From: Nemertoderma westbladi
Lineage: Eukaryota > Animalia > Xenacoelomorpha
NCBI GenBank assembly: GCA_032718475.1
Contig: JAUCBJ010007123.1
Span: 1-54,575, forward strand
Length of the DNA stretch: 54,575 nucleotides
Direction: 5' to 3'
The position numbers and the translations under genes are program-made. Positions 11,965 to 24,534 of this stretch are shown piece by piece. The notes under the pieces are model-generated. The model did no database searches and was not told the origin of the DNA. It worked only from the letters and a program-made list of their open reading frames with translations. Position 1 is the stretch's first letter; every line of letters starts with the position of its first letter.

Positions 11965-13100
11965 CTTTTATCTAAAAGGTATCAGTAGGACGCATGACGA
12001 TGATGAAGTTGCAAACTATATTGAGTCTCTAGGTGTGGTGATCGACAGGATTACAACAAGGAATCATGGGGATTCAAGAAGCATGAAGTTAACAATTGCA
12101 CAACAAAATTGCAATCTGCTAACTACAAGACGGTATCTGGTCCGAAGGTATTGTTATTGAAAAATTGAATTACTATATGCAAGCACATAGACAATCTTAC
12201 ACAGATAAGGGGGGTCTGGCTAGGGATCGGTGGTATTCCTAGTAGTCCTGGAGGGAATGGCAGGTGCTCGGCTAATGTCTGCCAAGGAATCACAGGTACC
12301 TACAGTATGAGAATGTTAAGAATCCCCACAATAATGTAAATGTAAGTTTCGGAACATATAACCGCAATGGTCTATTGGATAGGTCGGATTTTGTGGATTG
12401 GCTTTTATATGTAATATAGATTTTCTGTAATTACAATTGTGGTTAAATGTCACTTGAGTTTAATTTGGCTGTTATGAAACATATACCTCAAAAGGATGGC
12501 TGTGAATCAATCTGCAATGACAAGTACAGAGAGTTATATTAAATTTATGTATCGATTATCTGCATTAATAAATAATGAAAGTGATGTTATGCCAATAATA
12601 GTAACAGACTCAAATGCGGATTAGGTCATATAAAAATAATGCAACAAAACGAGGACAACTGCTCCTGAATTATATGCAGGATAATGGTCTTACAGCTGTC
12701 TGTGGACACCTAACATGTATTTAGTGGACCATGTTATACATTTTATGGTCGAGGGAGTGTATTTTTTACGAAAGGTTTCGAGGCTCACTCGTTGAATGAA
12801 GTTGATAATCATTCTGATCATGTTCCCTTTACTGCTGAACTTCAAATTGCCTTAAGAATGGAAAAAGTACCAACAAAATCCAAGCAGTTTTTGCAAAAGA
12901 TTTAACTGGGAAAAGGCAACAGACGTCATGATAAGGAAATATAACGAATCTGTTAACATTAATCTCGAGGGGTTGACAAAGGGATATGATGATAAAACCT
13001 CTGAATTATGGTCATCTATGGAGATAATTTGTGATTCAGCCAAAGAAAAAATTCCTATTAAAGGACGCATAAAAATAACAAGAGACCTTCGTCTGCGAAA
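11965..13100 (+). mobile_element. Highly degraded CR1/L2-group LINE remnant (ORF1 C-terminus plus APE endonuclease)
   Basis: Fragments translate as KGISRTHDDDEVANYI...SMKLTI...IWSEGIVIEK (ORF1-like), SFGTYNRNGL, IIVTDSNAD (GDFNA-like), SDHVP, and FNWEKA; many stops and frameshifts. Confidence 0.6.
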
Positions 13101-13516
13101 TGGGAAAGTTAAAGGAATCTACAACTTTATCTACAGTATCTATCTAAACCTCTACTTCGATTCGAATATGAACTGCAAATGTTAAATGTGAGGGTGACAA
13201 CTTTCAGCATCAACAGGCCTTCAAACAATCCAAGCGTTCAGTAAAGCGACTAAGAAATTATCTCTCTAGGCAACGGATATTGGGGGAGACCATGACCTAC
13301 TATATACGACCATGAATGCTGGAATCTACCTACTAAATTTTAGAATAAAAATAAATTTAGAATTTCTAATTGCAAAACCGCATAAACTATAATATTCTTA
13401 TAATTATCCAGCATAATTCTCATCAGCATTGTCAGTCCTACAGTCCTATGAATTTACGCATCTCGTTAATATCAAAGTTGTTGACTTCCAGCTCTTCGGG
13501 AGGCTTGTTGCTGGTG

Positions 13517-16500
13517 GTATTACTTTTCAACGTGTGCCGTACGTATCCACGTACTGTATGTGCGTACGTATCCACGTATTTATACATTACTGAGCGATTT
13601 GACATACGCGTATGCATACGCGTAGTCGAATACTCTGTTTCCTGATTGGTCCAGATAAGATACGAGAGAAATGTCATGCAAAGCGCTTAGGCCTCCAGTC
13701 AGTCAGTCAGTTAAATTAGATTTGACACAGAGCCCAGGGCTGCAGGGGACCGGTACATACAGTTTAATATGCTAAAAAGCCGAAACAACTGGAAACACAT
13801 CACAGATACGATTTGGAATACTATTCCCCAGTGGCTGAGGCGTTGCGTAGGGGGGTTGGGGGGGAGTCGACCCGGGCGTGCGCAGGCCAGAGGGGGCGAA
13901 AAATAAGCCGGAGCCAAGCTTTTAATACTGTAATTTATGTGTTGAAACCCCTTATTTTGTCTGTTTGTTGACCGCACGAAAATTAAAATGTTATTACCAA
14001 CGACAGAACCATAGATTGTATATGGATACTCACATCAACTCAACATCTTCACCGAATTATTGTCTTCTGTTACTAATTTCTTCCACTCTCTTTCAATATA
14101 CTGTATAAACAGTCCTAATGGTAGCCTCTTTCGGAATTAGCAGTAAATCACCTAGCTGTTTATGATCTATTTGTCTATTTTCTTTTTATTATTCATTTTA
14201 TTAATTTCGGTTTTTATTTTAATTAATTGTCTACAGTAGTTTAGTAATAAGTTCAAAGATTTTCTTTATAATTTTAAATATTGTCAATTTTATTTATAGT
14301 TTTAAATATTCTCTGTCTTAGTTATGATTTTAAATATTGACCATTTTAGTTATAATTTTAAATATTGTATATATAAATATTATAAATATTATATTATATA
14401 TATTATTATTATAATAATATTATTTAGTAATATTATAATATTATATTATAAATATTATATATTGAAATCGCCGTAACTGACAATTACTTAGTTCTTAGAA
14501 CGAATGCTGCATACATACTAGCTTTTTACTTTAACCCTGAGACAAGTATAGAGGATATTCTGCTTTCTATCAGCGAGGCGCTTACCTTCACTAATCCTGA
14601 AGTACCGATTATACTTGGAGGTGATTTTAATTGTCGAATCGACGACAGAGCAACTGGAACCCGCGGAACTGACCTCAGGACCAACCTGCAAATCCTGGGA
14701 TTTACGGTGCAAAACAAATCTTCAGAGTGTACTTACTATTCTCCACAAGGAACGAGCACCATCGATCTCTATTACACACGCGTCCCCTCAGACATTGAGG
14801 TGCGTGCGTCGTCTGTAACTATTAGATTACACCCAATTCGTAAACACCAACGGGTTGATTTACATATTGTTATAGCCTTTAACAACGAGTATATTGATAA
14901 ACCAGCTCCTCAACTATCACGAAAGTTAAACACTAATATCCTAGAAGAAGAACTCCGAAAAAATGATATCATTTCCTATCTGCTCGAAGGTGAAATAGAT
15001 ACAGCGGTTGATAATATCAACAACACAATCTCAGCAGCTTCACAGAAGCACCATAAATCCCGCTCTCATCATCAACCCTGGTACGATGACGAGTGCAAGT
15101 CGAAGAAACGTGAACTCATGTCAATCCTGCATGAACAGCGTGTCTACTCCAATAATGTTACAGGTTATTTGGTCTCTTCGGAAAGAATATAAGCGTCTTA
15201 TCAAAGTTAAAATGTTAGCACATAAAGAAGAGCTTCTACTAAACAGACTCCGCCAATCCGAGATAACCCATTGGTCATTGTGGAAAGATGCAAGGGTCGC
15301 AACTGTAGCTCCAATAGATCTGAAAATTCTAGAACAGCATTTTGAAACTCTTATCGGCCAAAACGAAACATCACCAGAATCACCACCAAATCAACCATTT
15401 TTCACACCGGTACCAGGTGAAAACGAATCGGACGATTGGTATAATCAGCCATTCGGTGAAACAGAGGTGAACAACGCCATCAACAGAACAGCAAATGGGA
15501 AAGCTTGCGGCACAGATGGTCTGTTCTATGAACATTTCAAGCAAGTGATACCTTACATGATCACCATCCTAGTGTTATTGTTCAACACATGTCTGAATGT
15601 GAGTTACATTCCCCAGATTTGGAAGACCAGCATTATAAAAATATTATATAAAGGCAAGGGTAGCTACAGCGACCCCGGAAACTATAGGGGGGTGGCCATG
15701 ATATGTGTACTTTTGAAGATATTTACATCAATGATAAATGCACGTGTTATATCCAAGATAAAGACTATGTTACCCACAGAGCAATATGGGTTCATTACCG
15801 GGCGGTCGACGAGGCAGGCACTTAAGAAATTCATAGAGTTTGTAAATGTCACTGTGCATAATACTAACTCCAAACCGGTATATGCCGTCTTTGTTGACTT
15901 CAGAAAGGCGTTCGACTTGGTCGATAGAAATATATTGCTGTATAAGATGTACACACAATTTGGAATAAAAGGGAAGTTATTTCAACTTATTCGGGCAATC
16001 TTTAATAACTCTGTTAAAATCTATGATGGTATTAAATACTCTTCACCAATAGTCCAATTACGTGGAATACTACAAGGTGACTGTTTTTCACCAACTGGTT
16101 TCATCATGTTTATTGCGGATCTCTCGACTTTACTCCGACGTATAGGATCGGCACTACTATTTATATTTTTCGCAGATGATCTTGTTCTCTATTCTACAGA
16201 AAAAGAAGCTATCCAAGCTGGGCTAGATCAACTATATGAATGGTGCAACTAAATAAAATGCATGTAAATTTAGATAAAACAAAAATTATCAAATTCCGGC
16301 GTGGTGGAAGACTGGCTAAGGCTGATGTGTTCAAATACGGGGGCCTCCCAATAGAAATAACTAACCGGTACACCTACCTAGGGGTCACTCTACAACCTAC
16401 ATTGTGCTTTACCCAACACATTGAGAATAAAAAACAACGGTCCTACACTCTAATAGGCTGCTTGAGAAATCTGAACCTCGTCTCTATCAAAACTGGTGTA

Positions 16501-18097
16501 AAAATCTTCAAAATGAAAATATACCCCGCCGTAACTTACGCTTTCCCGGAAATAGCTCCACATTTGACAGTCTCAAATCTTAAAGAACTGGATAAAATTA
16601 AATCTACCTTTCTAAAACGCCTATTATCACTTCCGACAAACACATCGTCTACCCTGGCTCACAACCTTACCAACTGCAAAACCCTCACCGAAGATATATG
16701 TGAGCAGTATCCCAATATTATCAACCCAGCCGCATTAGAACTCTACCGCAATTTTCGAACGGAAAGGGATAATAACTTCTCAGGTCAAGGGTATATATTG
16801 GGGCCAGCCTTCAAGTCTAACGTCTGGAGATCCACTAATCAAAGGAATCGCCACATAATAACAAGAACAACCGCGCATGGTTTCCACCATATAATTTGCT
16901 CCACAACAACCCTGTTTCATGAAAGAATGCAAACTTGCACGTGCAAATATTGCGGTAACAGCGCCGAGGACCTTTACCATGTTCTAGAATGCTCGAGCTC
17001 ACCTGAACTTTCATCTCTAGCGGCACAATAATAGTCTACAATAAAGATAAAGGCCTAAGGTTACGCAAAATGTTAACAGATTTTTATATGAATGTATAAT
17101 ATAAATTTTATTAATTTTATTTTATTGAGTATCTTATGTAAATATTTGAATGAATCGAAATAAAGGTCTCCATTTGCCCCGCGAGGGGGCGCAGTTTAAA
17201 AAAAAAAAAAAATAAATATTATATATATATATATATTAACTACTGTACCGTTATTTATATCTAGCCCATGTCATAAATATATTTCATTCCAGAAAATCTA
17301 TATATTTAATTTATAATTCAATTTAATAATGAAACAAAGTAGGGTTTAGTAGTCAATGGGAGCGGCAGCCAATGTCGTAAATATTCCTTCCAGAACAGTA
17401 TTTATTTAACATGGGGCGTGTGCAGTTCATTAGTGACACAGACAAGGAGACACATACTATCAGACTGTAGTAAATTTAAGGTGAGTTGATTCTATTGCTG
17501 TATTCCTGTATTGGATGTCTGACTCGACGGCTGTGGCTGGGGTATCCCAGTGCGAGCGTATACAATACAATACCAATATGCAATAGGACTTCCCTTTCCC
17601 TTAATAATGGTAACACAATGTAATTAATATATTATTTATACTCTGTCAGCTCTGTAGGCCTAGTGTATTATTTTTTCAGTGAAAACAAAATTCACTATCT
17701 CAATGCTGAATGCAACAATGACACACCGACTGACACTGACATACCTGACCACCAGACTACAGCAATTATACTGCCTGACAGACTAATGCAGTAATGCAAA
17801 ACACCACGGTACTGTAATAATAGGCCGGCCTACAGCCTGACAGCAGCTACAGAGACACTGTTGACTTGACAATAATCATCTAGACCAATCAGGAAACAGT
17901 ATTCGCCTACGCGTATGTCTGTATGTGAAATCGGTCAATGTAATGCAGTAACTGCTGAACTGAGTAATGTATAGACAGGACAGATAGATACGTGGATACT
18001 GGGATACGTACGCACATATACCTGCATACAGACATACAGCTGTACAGGCGTACCTGCGTACGTGGATACGTACGCACATACGTTGAAAAGTAAAACC
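13517..18097. mobile_element. Pair of diverged inverted repeats (13517-13655 and ~17878-18097), probably ends of an old TIR element hosting the LINE
   Basis: TACTTTTCAACGTGTGCCGTACGTATCCACGT...CTGTTTCCTGATTGGTCCAGAT is inverse to ATCTAGACCAATCAGGAAACAG...ACGTGGATACGTACGCACATACGTTGAAAAGTA. Confidence 0.6.
14463..17211 (+). mobile_element. 5'-truncated non-LTR retrotransposon (partial APE, RT, C-terminal Cys/His motif), two frameshifts, poly-A tail
   Basis: PIILGGDFNCRID and STIDLYY (APE); QYGF, VFVDFRKAFDLV, GILQGDCFSP and FADD (RT); CKYC...HVLEC; frameshifts near 15160 and 16250; poly-A at ~17198-17212; candidate TSD ATAAATATTATATAT at 14448-14462 and 17212-17226. Confidence 0.93.
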
Positions 18098-18638
18098 CGA
18101 ATATCCCCCCCCCCCCCCGCGCTGTTTGCCCTGTCGCCATAGACAGACTGACAGATAGACTTAAGTAGGCTGTAGGCCTATAGTACAGTAGTAAATACTG
18201 TAATACAGTAATACTGCAGTAGGCGGCCTACCGGCTGACCGGTAGCCAGTACTTTCTGACTTTACAGCTTTAACTTGGATTTATTTGTTTGTTTTTTGGT
18301 TAGGCTGTTAGGGTTAGTCAGTTAGTTTGTCAGGCCCACACCCTAATTAAAACTGTCATGTAACCAGTAACTGTGTAACCCTAACCCTCCAGTCCAGCCT
18401 GGCCTGACAGTCAGTAAGTCATACTGTCATAAGCCTAATCATGCTAACAGTCGTGCTACGTACTGACGTACTGACGTACCGTAGGCCGCAAGGCAGGTAG
18501 GGGCGCAGGCCTATAACAGTAGGCCTATAAAACAGTAAAACGTAAAACCTAGTTTCGTTCTGTAGTTTTTTTTAATTTAAAAAACTTATGCAAGAATGCA
18601 ACTGACTGACTGACAGACAGACTGACTGATGCAAAGAA

Positions 18639-19177
18639 CAGTCGGGGAGAAGTTCAAATTTCAACTGAGTTGAAATTTAAAACTTTTTTTTTTAAATAAA
18701 ATTCAACTTTTAAGTTGTAAATTCAACTCTAAAATGGCAGGAGGCGCAGAAGGCCCTCCTGCACAGAAGGGGTGTTTTCATTGTTTATATGGATGTAACT
18801 CGAAAAATTAACCTTCATTACCGATGGAATAAAAACTTTAACCGTCGGGAACACTTTTTTTTAAACATTTTAAGTGATTACATTTGCAAATTACTGAATT
18901 AGCTGACTGGCTGAAATACAATACTACAGGAATTTATAAGATGTATTTAATTACCGCTGAATGTCATAATTATTATACAATGGAATGCCAGTAATGGATT
19001 CCAATTCCATATTTCAGTATTTCAAAAGCTACTCCAGTAGGTACTCCAAAAGTTGAATTTTAAAAAAAAGTTGAATGTTAAACTCTACTCCAAAAGTTGA
19101 ATTTTAATAAAAAGTTGAATTTTAAAAATTAAAGTTGAAATTTCAACTCAGTTGAAAATGTAACTTCTCCCCGACTG
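18639..19177. mobile_element. Non-autonomous DNA transposon (MITE), TIR CAGTCGGGGAGAAGTT, 5-bp TSD AAGAA
   Basis: TIRs of ~45 bp; AAGAA at 18634-18638 and 19178-19182; subterminal AAGTTGAA/TTCAACT repeats. Confidence 0.85.
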
Positions 19178-19438
19178 AAGAAACTAAACCAATTTTTTGC
19201 CTTTAAAATTATTAGCAGTCGCAGCCAGCCAGTGCAGTACAGCAGTCTGGCAGTAGGGCCTATTTTTATTAAATTATAGGCCTAATACAGTAATATTAAA
19301 TTATTAGATTAAATTATTACATATTACAGTACTGCAGTCTGGCACTATTATACAGTTATATTAAATTATTATTATTAAAAGTTGTTATCACATTATTTCT
19401 GTATTTATTATCAACACTCTTTTATCAGCTGAGTAGAA

Positions 19439-20383
19439 ATGTCTGGATTTGAACTTCATTCGGTTCATTGTCCACCACAACCAGCGATTCCAATCCCGCT
19501 GGGGGAAACAACCATTGGTCGGGGCCCATTGCTGGCAGTAACGGATGCAAAGGTATCTCGAAAACACGCTGTCCTCCACACCACCAGCGATGGGCGACTG
19601 TGGGTGAAACCCACACATCACAATCCGACCTTCTATAAACCTAACGGAGAAATAACGTTTCACGTGTTGGAAAGGGATTGTTGGCAGGAAGTTAAGCATA
19701 AGGAAATGATATCCTTATTGCCAACGACCCTTGCTTATGAAGTAATAGCACCTAAAATTTACGACAGTGACGCCACAGACACTGAGTTAATTTCCCAGGA
19801 CCAAGGTAGTGAGAGTGACAGTCACTCCCATTATAACGAATCAGAAGAAGAGGACGATCGCCCTGAGTGTGGTTACGGTACGTCGTGCTACCGGCTCAAC
19901 CCGCAACACCGGGAGCAGTTTAAGCACTCGCGCCCTCCGCCATCCCCCCCGGTGAGCACCGGTACTACTGTGACGGTCGCAAACCAGCCGTCTACGAGTA
20001 ACCACGGTAACGGTGGCAAAACAAAACAAAAACAACATCCGAAGAAGAGAAAGAAGGACGAGGATGGGGAGGATGATGAGTTAAACGAGTACGATTTCGA
20101 CGACTCTTTTATCGACGACGATCGGGACGTTGGCACCGACGAAGATTTCCTTCCCAGCTGTTCGCTGACGCCCCCTGTGGGTGCTCGCCGAACTCGCTCC
20201 ACTCGCTCCCATAAAAAGCTTAAAGTGAATTACAGGGACATTAGTGAATCTAGTGAAAGTGGTACCGATACTGATAGGGAAGACTCTTCGGATACGGATT
20301 TGGACATTACCAACAAAGAAACCAACAGTCTCTGTAGAGACGCAATTCGCTTCCTTAAAAACAGTAAAATGCACAAGAAGTAG
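19439..20383 (+). CDS. APLF: Aprataxin and PNK-like factor (FHA, single PBZ zinc finger, acidic C-terminal region), intronless, 314 aa
   Basis: FHA GETTIGRGPLLAVTDAKVSRKHA...KPTHHNPTFY; PBZ RPECGYGTSCYRLNPQHREQFKH; NEYDFDDSFIDD and DAIRFLK match APLF NEYDLNDSFLDD and EAKRFMK. Confidence 0.9.
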   Translation: MSGFELHSVHCPPQPAIPIPLGETTIGRGPLLAVTDAKVSRKHAVLHTTSDGRLWVKPTHHNPTFYKPNGEITFHVLERDCWQEVKHKEMISLLPTTLAYEVIAPKIYDSDATDTELISQDQGSESDSHSHYNESEEEDDRPECGYGTSCYRLNPQHREQFKHSRPPPSPPVSTGTTVTVANQPSTSNHGNGGKTKQKQHPKKRKKDEDGEDDELNEYDFDDSFIDDDRDVGTDEDFLPSCSLTPPVGARRTRSTRSHKKLKVNYRDISESSESGTDTDREDSSDTDLDITNKETNSLCRDAIRFLKNSKMHKK

Positions 20384-20715
20384 AATTTATATATTTAAGT
20401 TTTATAGACTTTTTTTTATTTTCACCAACAGGTTGCAGGGTTGGACTAAACGGAGTTTATCATGTAATTATAATTTTACGAAATACAAACTGAAAGTTTT
20501 ATTTTATATTAATATAGTATGATTTATTGAGTTGGTGAATATGTCTATATCTATGTGAGAGGATAAAGAATTAGTATACGATTTTCCTGGCAATCAAAGA
20601 TAACTGTTGTAAGTGATGGATAATGGAAGAAGCAACTAGGAATTAATCGAGTTTTGATTGTTCTTTCCGCACCTGGATATTATCGATACCGTTGTTGGAG
20701 TTACGGAAACCAGTA

Positions 20716-20964
20716 ATGGATACTGATAGTCCCGGTGCTAACGGTGATACTTCCATTCCCACCGCCGGTGAACTCAGCGGGAACACCGATAATGGCGCCA
20801 CCACCGGTGGTGGTGCATCGAACACCGGCGGTGCTCCGGGCGGTTACGTTGCGGCGGGTACCGGTACCAGCGCGCCAACAGGGTCGCCAGCCAGCGTCCC
20901 CAAGGACGCCCAGGTTATGGTCTCTATCCTTAAAGACATGGGAGTCACAGAGTACGAACCTCAG
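20716..20964 (+). CDS. TAF9: Transcription initiation factor TFIID subunit 9, coding exon 1
   Basis: [22 protein letters not shown] histone-fold start preceded by a Gly/Thr/Ala-rich extension; donor CAG|GTACAA, phase 0; start ATG inferred. Confidence 0.88.
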
Positions 20965-21623
20965 GTACAAAACATATTCAGCTGTTTAAAATATTATTTT
21001 TTACGAAATCACGTTGTATATAATATATTATCCCAGTGGACATTAGGTTTGTATTAAATGTCATAAAATAATTAATTATTTACTGGCTGTCTTACTGTGG
21101 TGGGCCGATTTATAGAACAAATTTAAATTTAAAAGCAAAATTTAGGTTTTGGCTAATTGTCATTCTACAGCTGCGTACCGGTGTACCTTTTGCTGACTGC
21201 CTGATTTTTTTTGGTTATAGAGTGACTACTGACTGTTAAAGTGATCGACGATCCCTTTAACAGTCAGTAGTCATTCTATTACTCTGTCACTCTATCGTTT
21301 ATTGTTTTGGTTAGAAAAGCACGACTCTGTAACTTGCTCCTTTCCATCAAGTGGTGAAGTGGCCGTTTATTGTTTTGGTTAGAAAAGCATGTCTCTGTAA
21401 CCTGCTCTTTTCCCTCTATTGGTTTATGACGTGTGTTACTTATTTATGGAGAGAAAAAAATGTTTATGAAAAAAGGTTGTAAAATAAGAAGTGTTTCAAC
21501 GAACGGTCCCCAAAATAATTATACTCTTAAGTTGTCCCCTTTCAACTAACTAACTAAATGTTTATTTATTTCAATCAGTTTTACCTCTTCTGTTAGCTAT
21601 AAAGTAGGACGTTATTATCGCAG

Positions 21624-21803
21624 GTTATTAATCAGATGTTAGAATTCTCATATAAATACGCGACTACGGTTCTGGAGGACGCTAAAACCTACTCGAACCA
21701 CGCGGCCAAACAGTCGATAGACGCGGACGACGTTAAACTAGCGATACAGTGTAAGCTGGATACCTCGTTCAACTCGGTGCCTCCAAGAGACTTCCTGGTC
21801 GAG
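21624..21803 (+). CDS. TAF9: TAF9 coding exon 2
   Basis: Acceptor CGCAG|GTT; [27 protein letters not shown]...[11 protein letters not shown]...PPRDFLVE; donor GAG|GTCAGT, phase 0. Confidence 0.93.
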
Positions 21804-22741
21804 GTCAGTTCCTCTACGCGTATCGTTGGTCTAACCGCATGCGTATCACCTAGTTAATGTTTCCATCTATCAGTCTTTCCAAACAAAAAGTGGTGGATTA
21901 GAATATTTAGGGCTCGCCAAATATATCAAAAGTAATTGTAAAAATGTTTCTTTAACATTCCTTACAATGAGATTTAGTAAGGGGCCATTTACTCAGGGCG
22001 TATGTTACACTGGGGGGGGGGGGGGGGGGGGTAAATTTACCCCACTAAATATAATTTTGAATATAGTTATATATTATATAGAAGTCGTTGGTTAATAGTT
22101 AAAGGCAAAGGCAAAAGGGCATTTGGATATGATGGTGCCATTGCCACTAAGTTATACCGATCATAGCATGTCAAGTACTATGAAATAGAACTGATAGAGA
22201 GGTTTTACCAGATACCAAATAATATATTAAATCTGTTACTTGTAATTTTCGTTTTTGAGGTGCCGTGAAAAGTCGACAAATCATCGGATTTATTGTAAAT
22301 ATTGATTGCGAAAATAACAAAGACAGGAATCAGAACCGGACATCGGACCCTATACCTAATGCTACTTTAGAATTTGAAAAGTGCTATTTACTTGCACTTT
22401 TCATATTTGGGGTGTCTTTAAAAAATGTGCAAAACCAATACTGCAGCAACTAAAAAACACCTACAGGAATCAAGCTACGCGATAAAATTAAAAAACATAA
22501 AAAAAGGTTCTATGTATCAGTAATATAAGTTTATAAGAATAATAATAAATTTGAAAAAAATCCAAATTTTCAGGTCCCTTAAAAATTAGAACCCATGACC
22601 TAAAAGTCAAAGTTTTACGAAATGTAAATAATAGAAAAATATTAAAAGTCAGAAATTTCAAGGCGATAGGTGAATTACATGAATGTACATGTATTGCATT
22701 GTATATATTGATAACCAATTAATTATTATTTATTTCCACAG

Positions 22742-23068
22742 GTGGCCAAAGTTAAAAACAACACGACGCTTCCTCTGATAAAGCCGCACGGGGGCGTACG
22801 ACTGCCGCCCGACCGGTACTGCCTGAACGCGTGCAACTACAGACTGCGAGCCTCGAGCAAACCGCGGCCGCCCCGTGTCAACCAGCACTACGCGATACCG
22901 GTACACGGTACCGGCTACCGTCAGCCCGGGTCCACCCAGCTCGCCTACCGGAACGTCGTACCGTCCGCGGTGCTCGCTAGCGGTCGCCACACCGCCACCA
23001 GTCCCGGTCCCGGCGGCGGGGAAGTTAAAGTCATAGCCGGGATAAAACGCAGAGCAGACGTAACGTAG
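22742..23068 (+). CDS. TAF9: TAF9 coding exon 3 (spliced product ~251 aa)
   Basis: Acceptor TTTCCACAG|GTG; [31 protein letters not shown] conserved TAF9 motif; TAG at 23066-23068. Confidence 0.92.
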   Translation: MAKVKNNTTLPLIKPHGGVRLPPDRYCLNACNYRLRASSKPRPPRVNQHYAIPVHGTGYRQPGSTQLAYRNVVPSAVLASGRHTATSPGPGGGEVKVIAGIKRRADVT

Positions 23069-23290
23069 CGAAACGGCTTACCGGTACACAGACGTAACGT
23101 AGCGAAACGGCTTACCGGTACACAGACGCTACGTAGCGAAACGGCTTACCGGTACACAGACGTAACGTAGCGAAACGGCTTACCGGTACACAGACGTAAC
23201 GTAGCGAAACGGCTTACCGGTACACAGACGTAACGTAGCGAAACGGCTTACCGGTACACAGACGCTACGTAGCGAAACGTCTTACCGGTA
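23055..23290. repeat. 34-bp minisatellite, 7 copies, overlapping the TAF9 stop codon
   Basis: Unit CAGACGTAACGTAGCGAAACGGCTTACCGGTACA. Confidence 0.95.
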
Positions 23291-23446
23291 TTAAACCATA
23301 TCAGCAATATTTATACGAAACTGAATTCATTTAGGTGTAAACAGTCCAAACTTTGTTCGTTTTATCCGTGTTGAGTTTGAGAGATAATGATAAATACATA
23401 TGAATAGCATACGGTAATTATTTTTTTGTACTTCCATTGTATGTTC

Positions 23447-24449
23447 TAGAGTTGAAACAGAGACTTGTCACTGATCTCTGTTCTTTGGATTCTCCGGGCA
23501 GTTTTTTTGTCTCCGGATAGGTCTCTGGTTCCCGGGTTTTGAAAACAGACATTTTACCCAGAGATCAGTGATTTGACAAATTAGAAATAGTTATTTAAAA
23601 ATAGATCCTGTACAACACAAAATGTGAAATTAAGATTATTTTTCACAAATTTTTTACAATTAATTATTTCTTTAAATGTTAACTATTTTACATACACCAA
23701 TTCAACACAATTATATATTCACTTTTACACTATTTCTATTTCTAATAAATGTACCAATATTCTTCTATTTAATTTAAGGTGCATTTAATTTTAAGTTATA
23801 TTAGCACCTAAAGAGGGTTCTTATTTAAGGATAAGGGGCGCTTAATTTGAGCTCCCGTAATGTTTAAAAGTGAAAGAAAGGGCTGATCTCCAGTCAATTT
23901 GTTATAGGATAGATAATATGACGACCAAATGGAGAGAATGAGCGTAACGAGGCTTGTATATGGGGCGAGTAGAGCACTATACCTGTGCACTAAGTATTCG
24001 TAAATGACTATATGACTATGTATATTGAAATGTATATGATTTGAACAATTGTAAAATAAGTGCCTTTAATTAACAAAGTACCGGTACCCATGGCGCAAAA
24101 CAAATTTATATAACATATTATATTAACAATAACAAAATAAAACGAATTAATAAACAAATAACCAAATTAATATTAATTAAGCCCCCCAAACTGTACGTGC
24201 GCTTATTTTCTTACAATGGGCAAGGGTTGAAATGAGTTGGATTTACGTTACTGTAATTGAACCATAGAAAAATAGTTAAGGCCGTATGTACAGTCTGTTT
24301 GTGCTATAGGGAAGTAATGAAATTGTAAGTACAAAAATAAGCAAAGTCTCTGATCTCCGGCTCTGGTCTCCGGTATTTTTCAAAATAATTCTCCGGGTAG
24401 GTCTCTGGTTCACCGGGATTAAGAAAAACAGGTCTCTGTTTCAACTCTA
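23447..24449. mobile_element. Non-autonomous hAT-like element, TIR TAGAGTTGAAACAGAGAC, 8-bp TSD GTATGTTC
   Basis: TSD at 23439-23446 and 24450-24457; subterminal TCTCCGG and GGTCTCTGG repeats at both ends. Confidence 0.9.
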
Positions 24450-24534
24450 GTATGTTCCGAATTGTTTATGATGTTCCAAATCATTATTATTTATTTGAGT
24501 CAAGTTAGTGGTTTTTATTAGTCAAACATGAAAC

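Noticed and set aside
20384-23068. AK6 overlapping TAF9 as in vertebrates
   Set aside because: No adenylate-kinase P-loop-like exon recognised in this region
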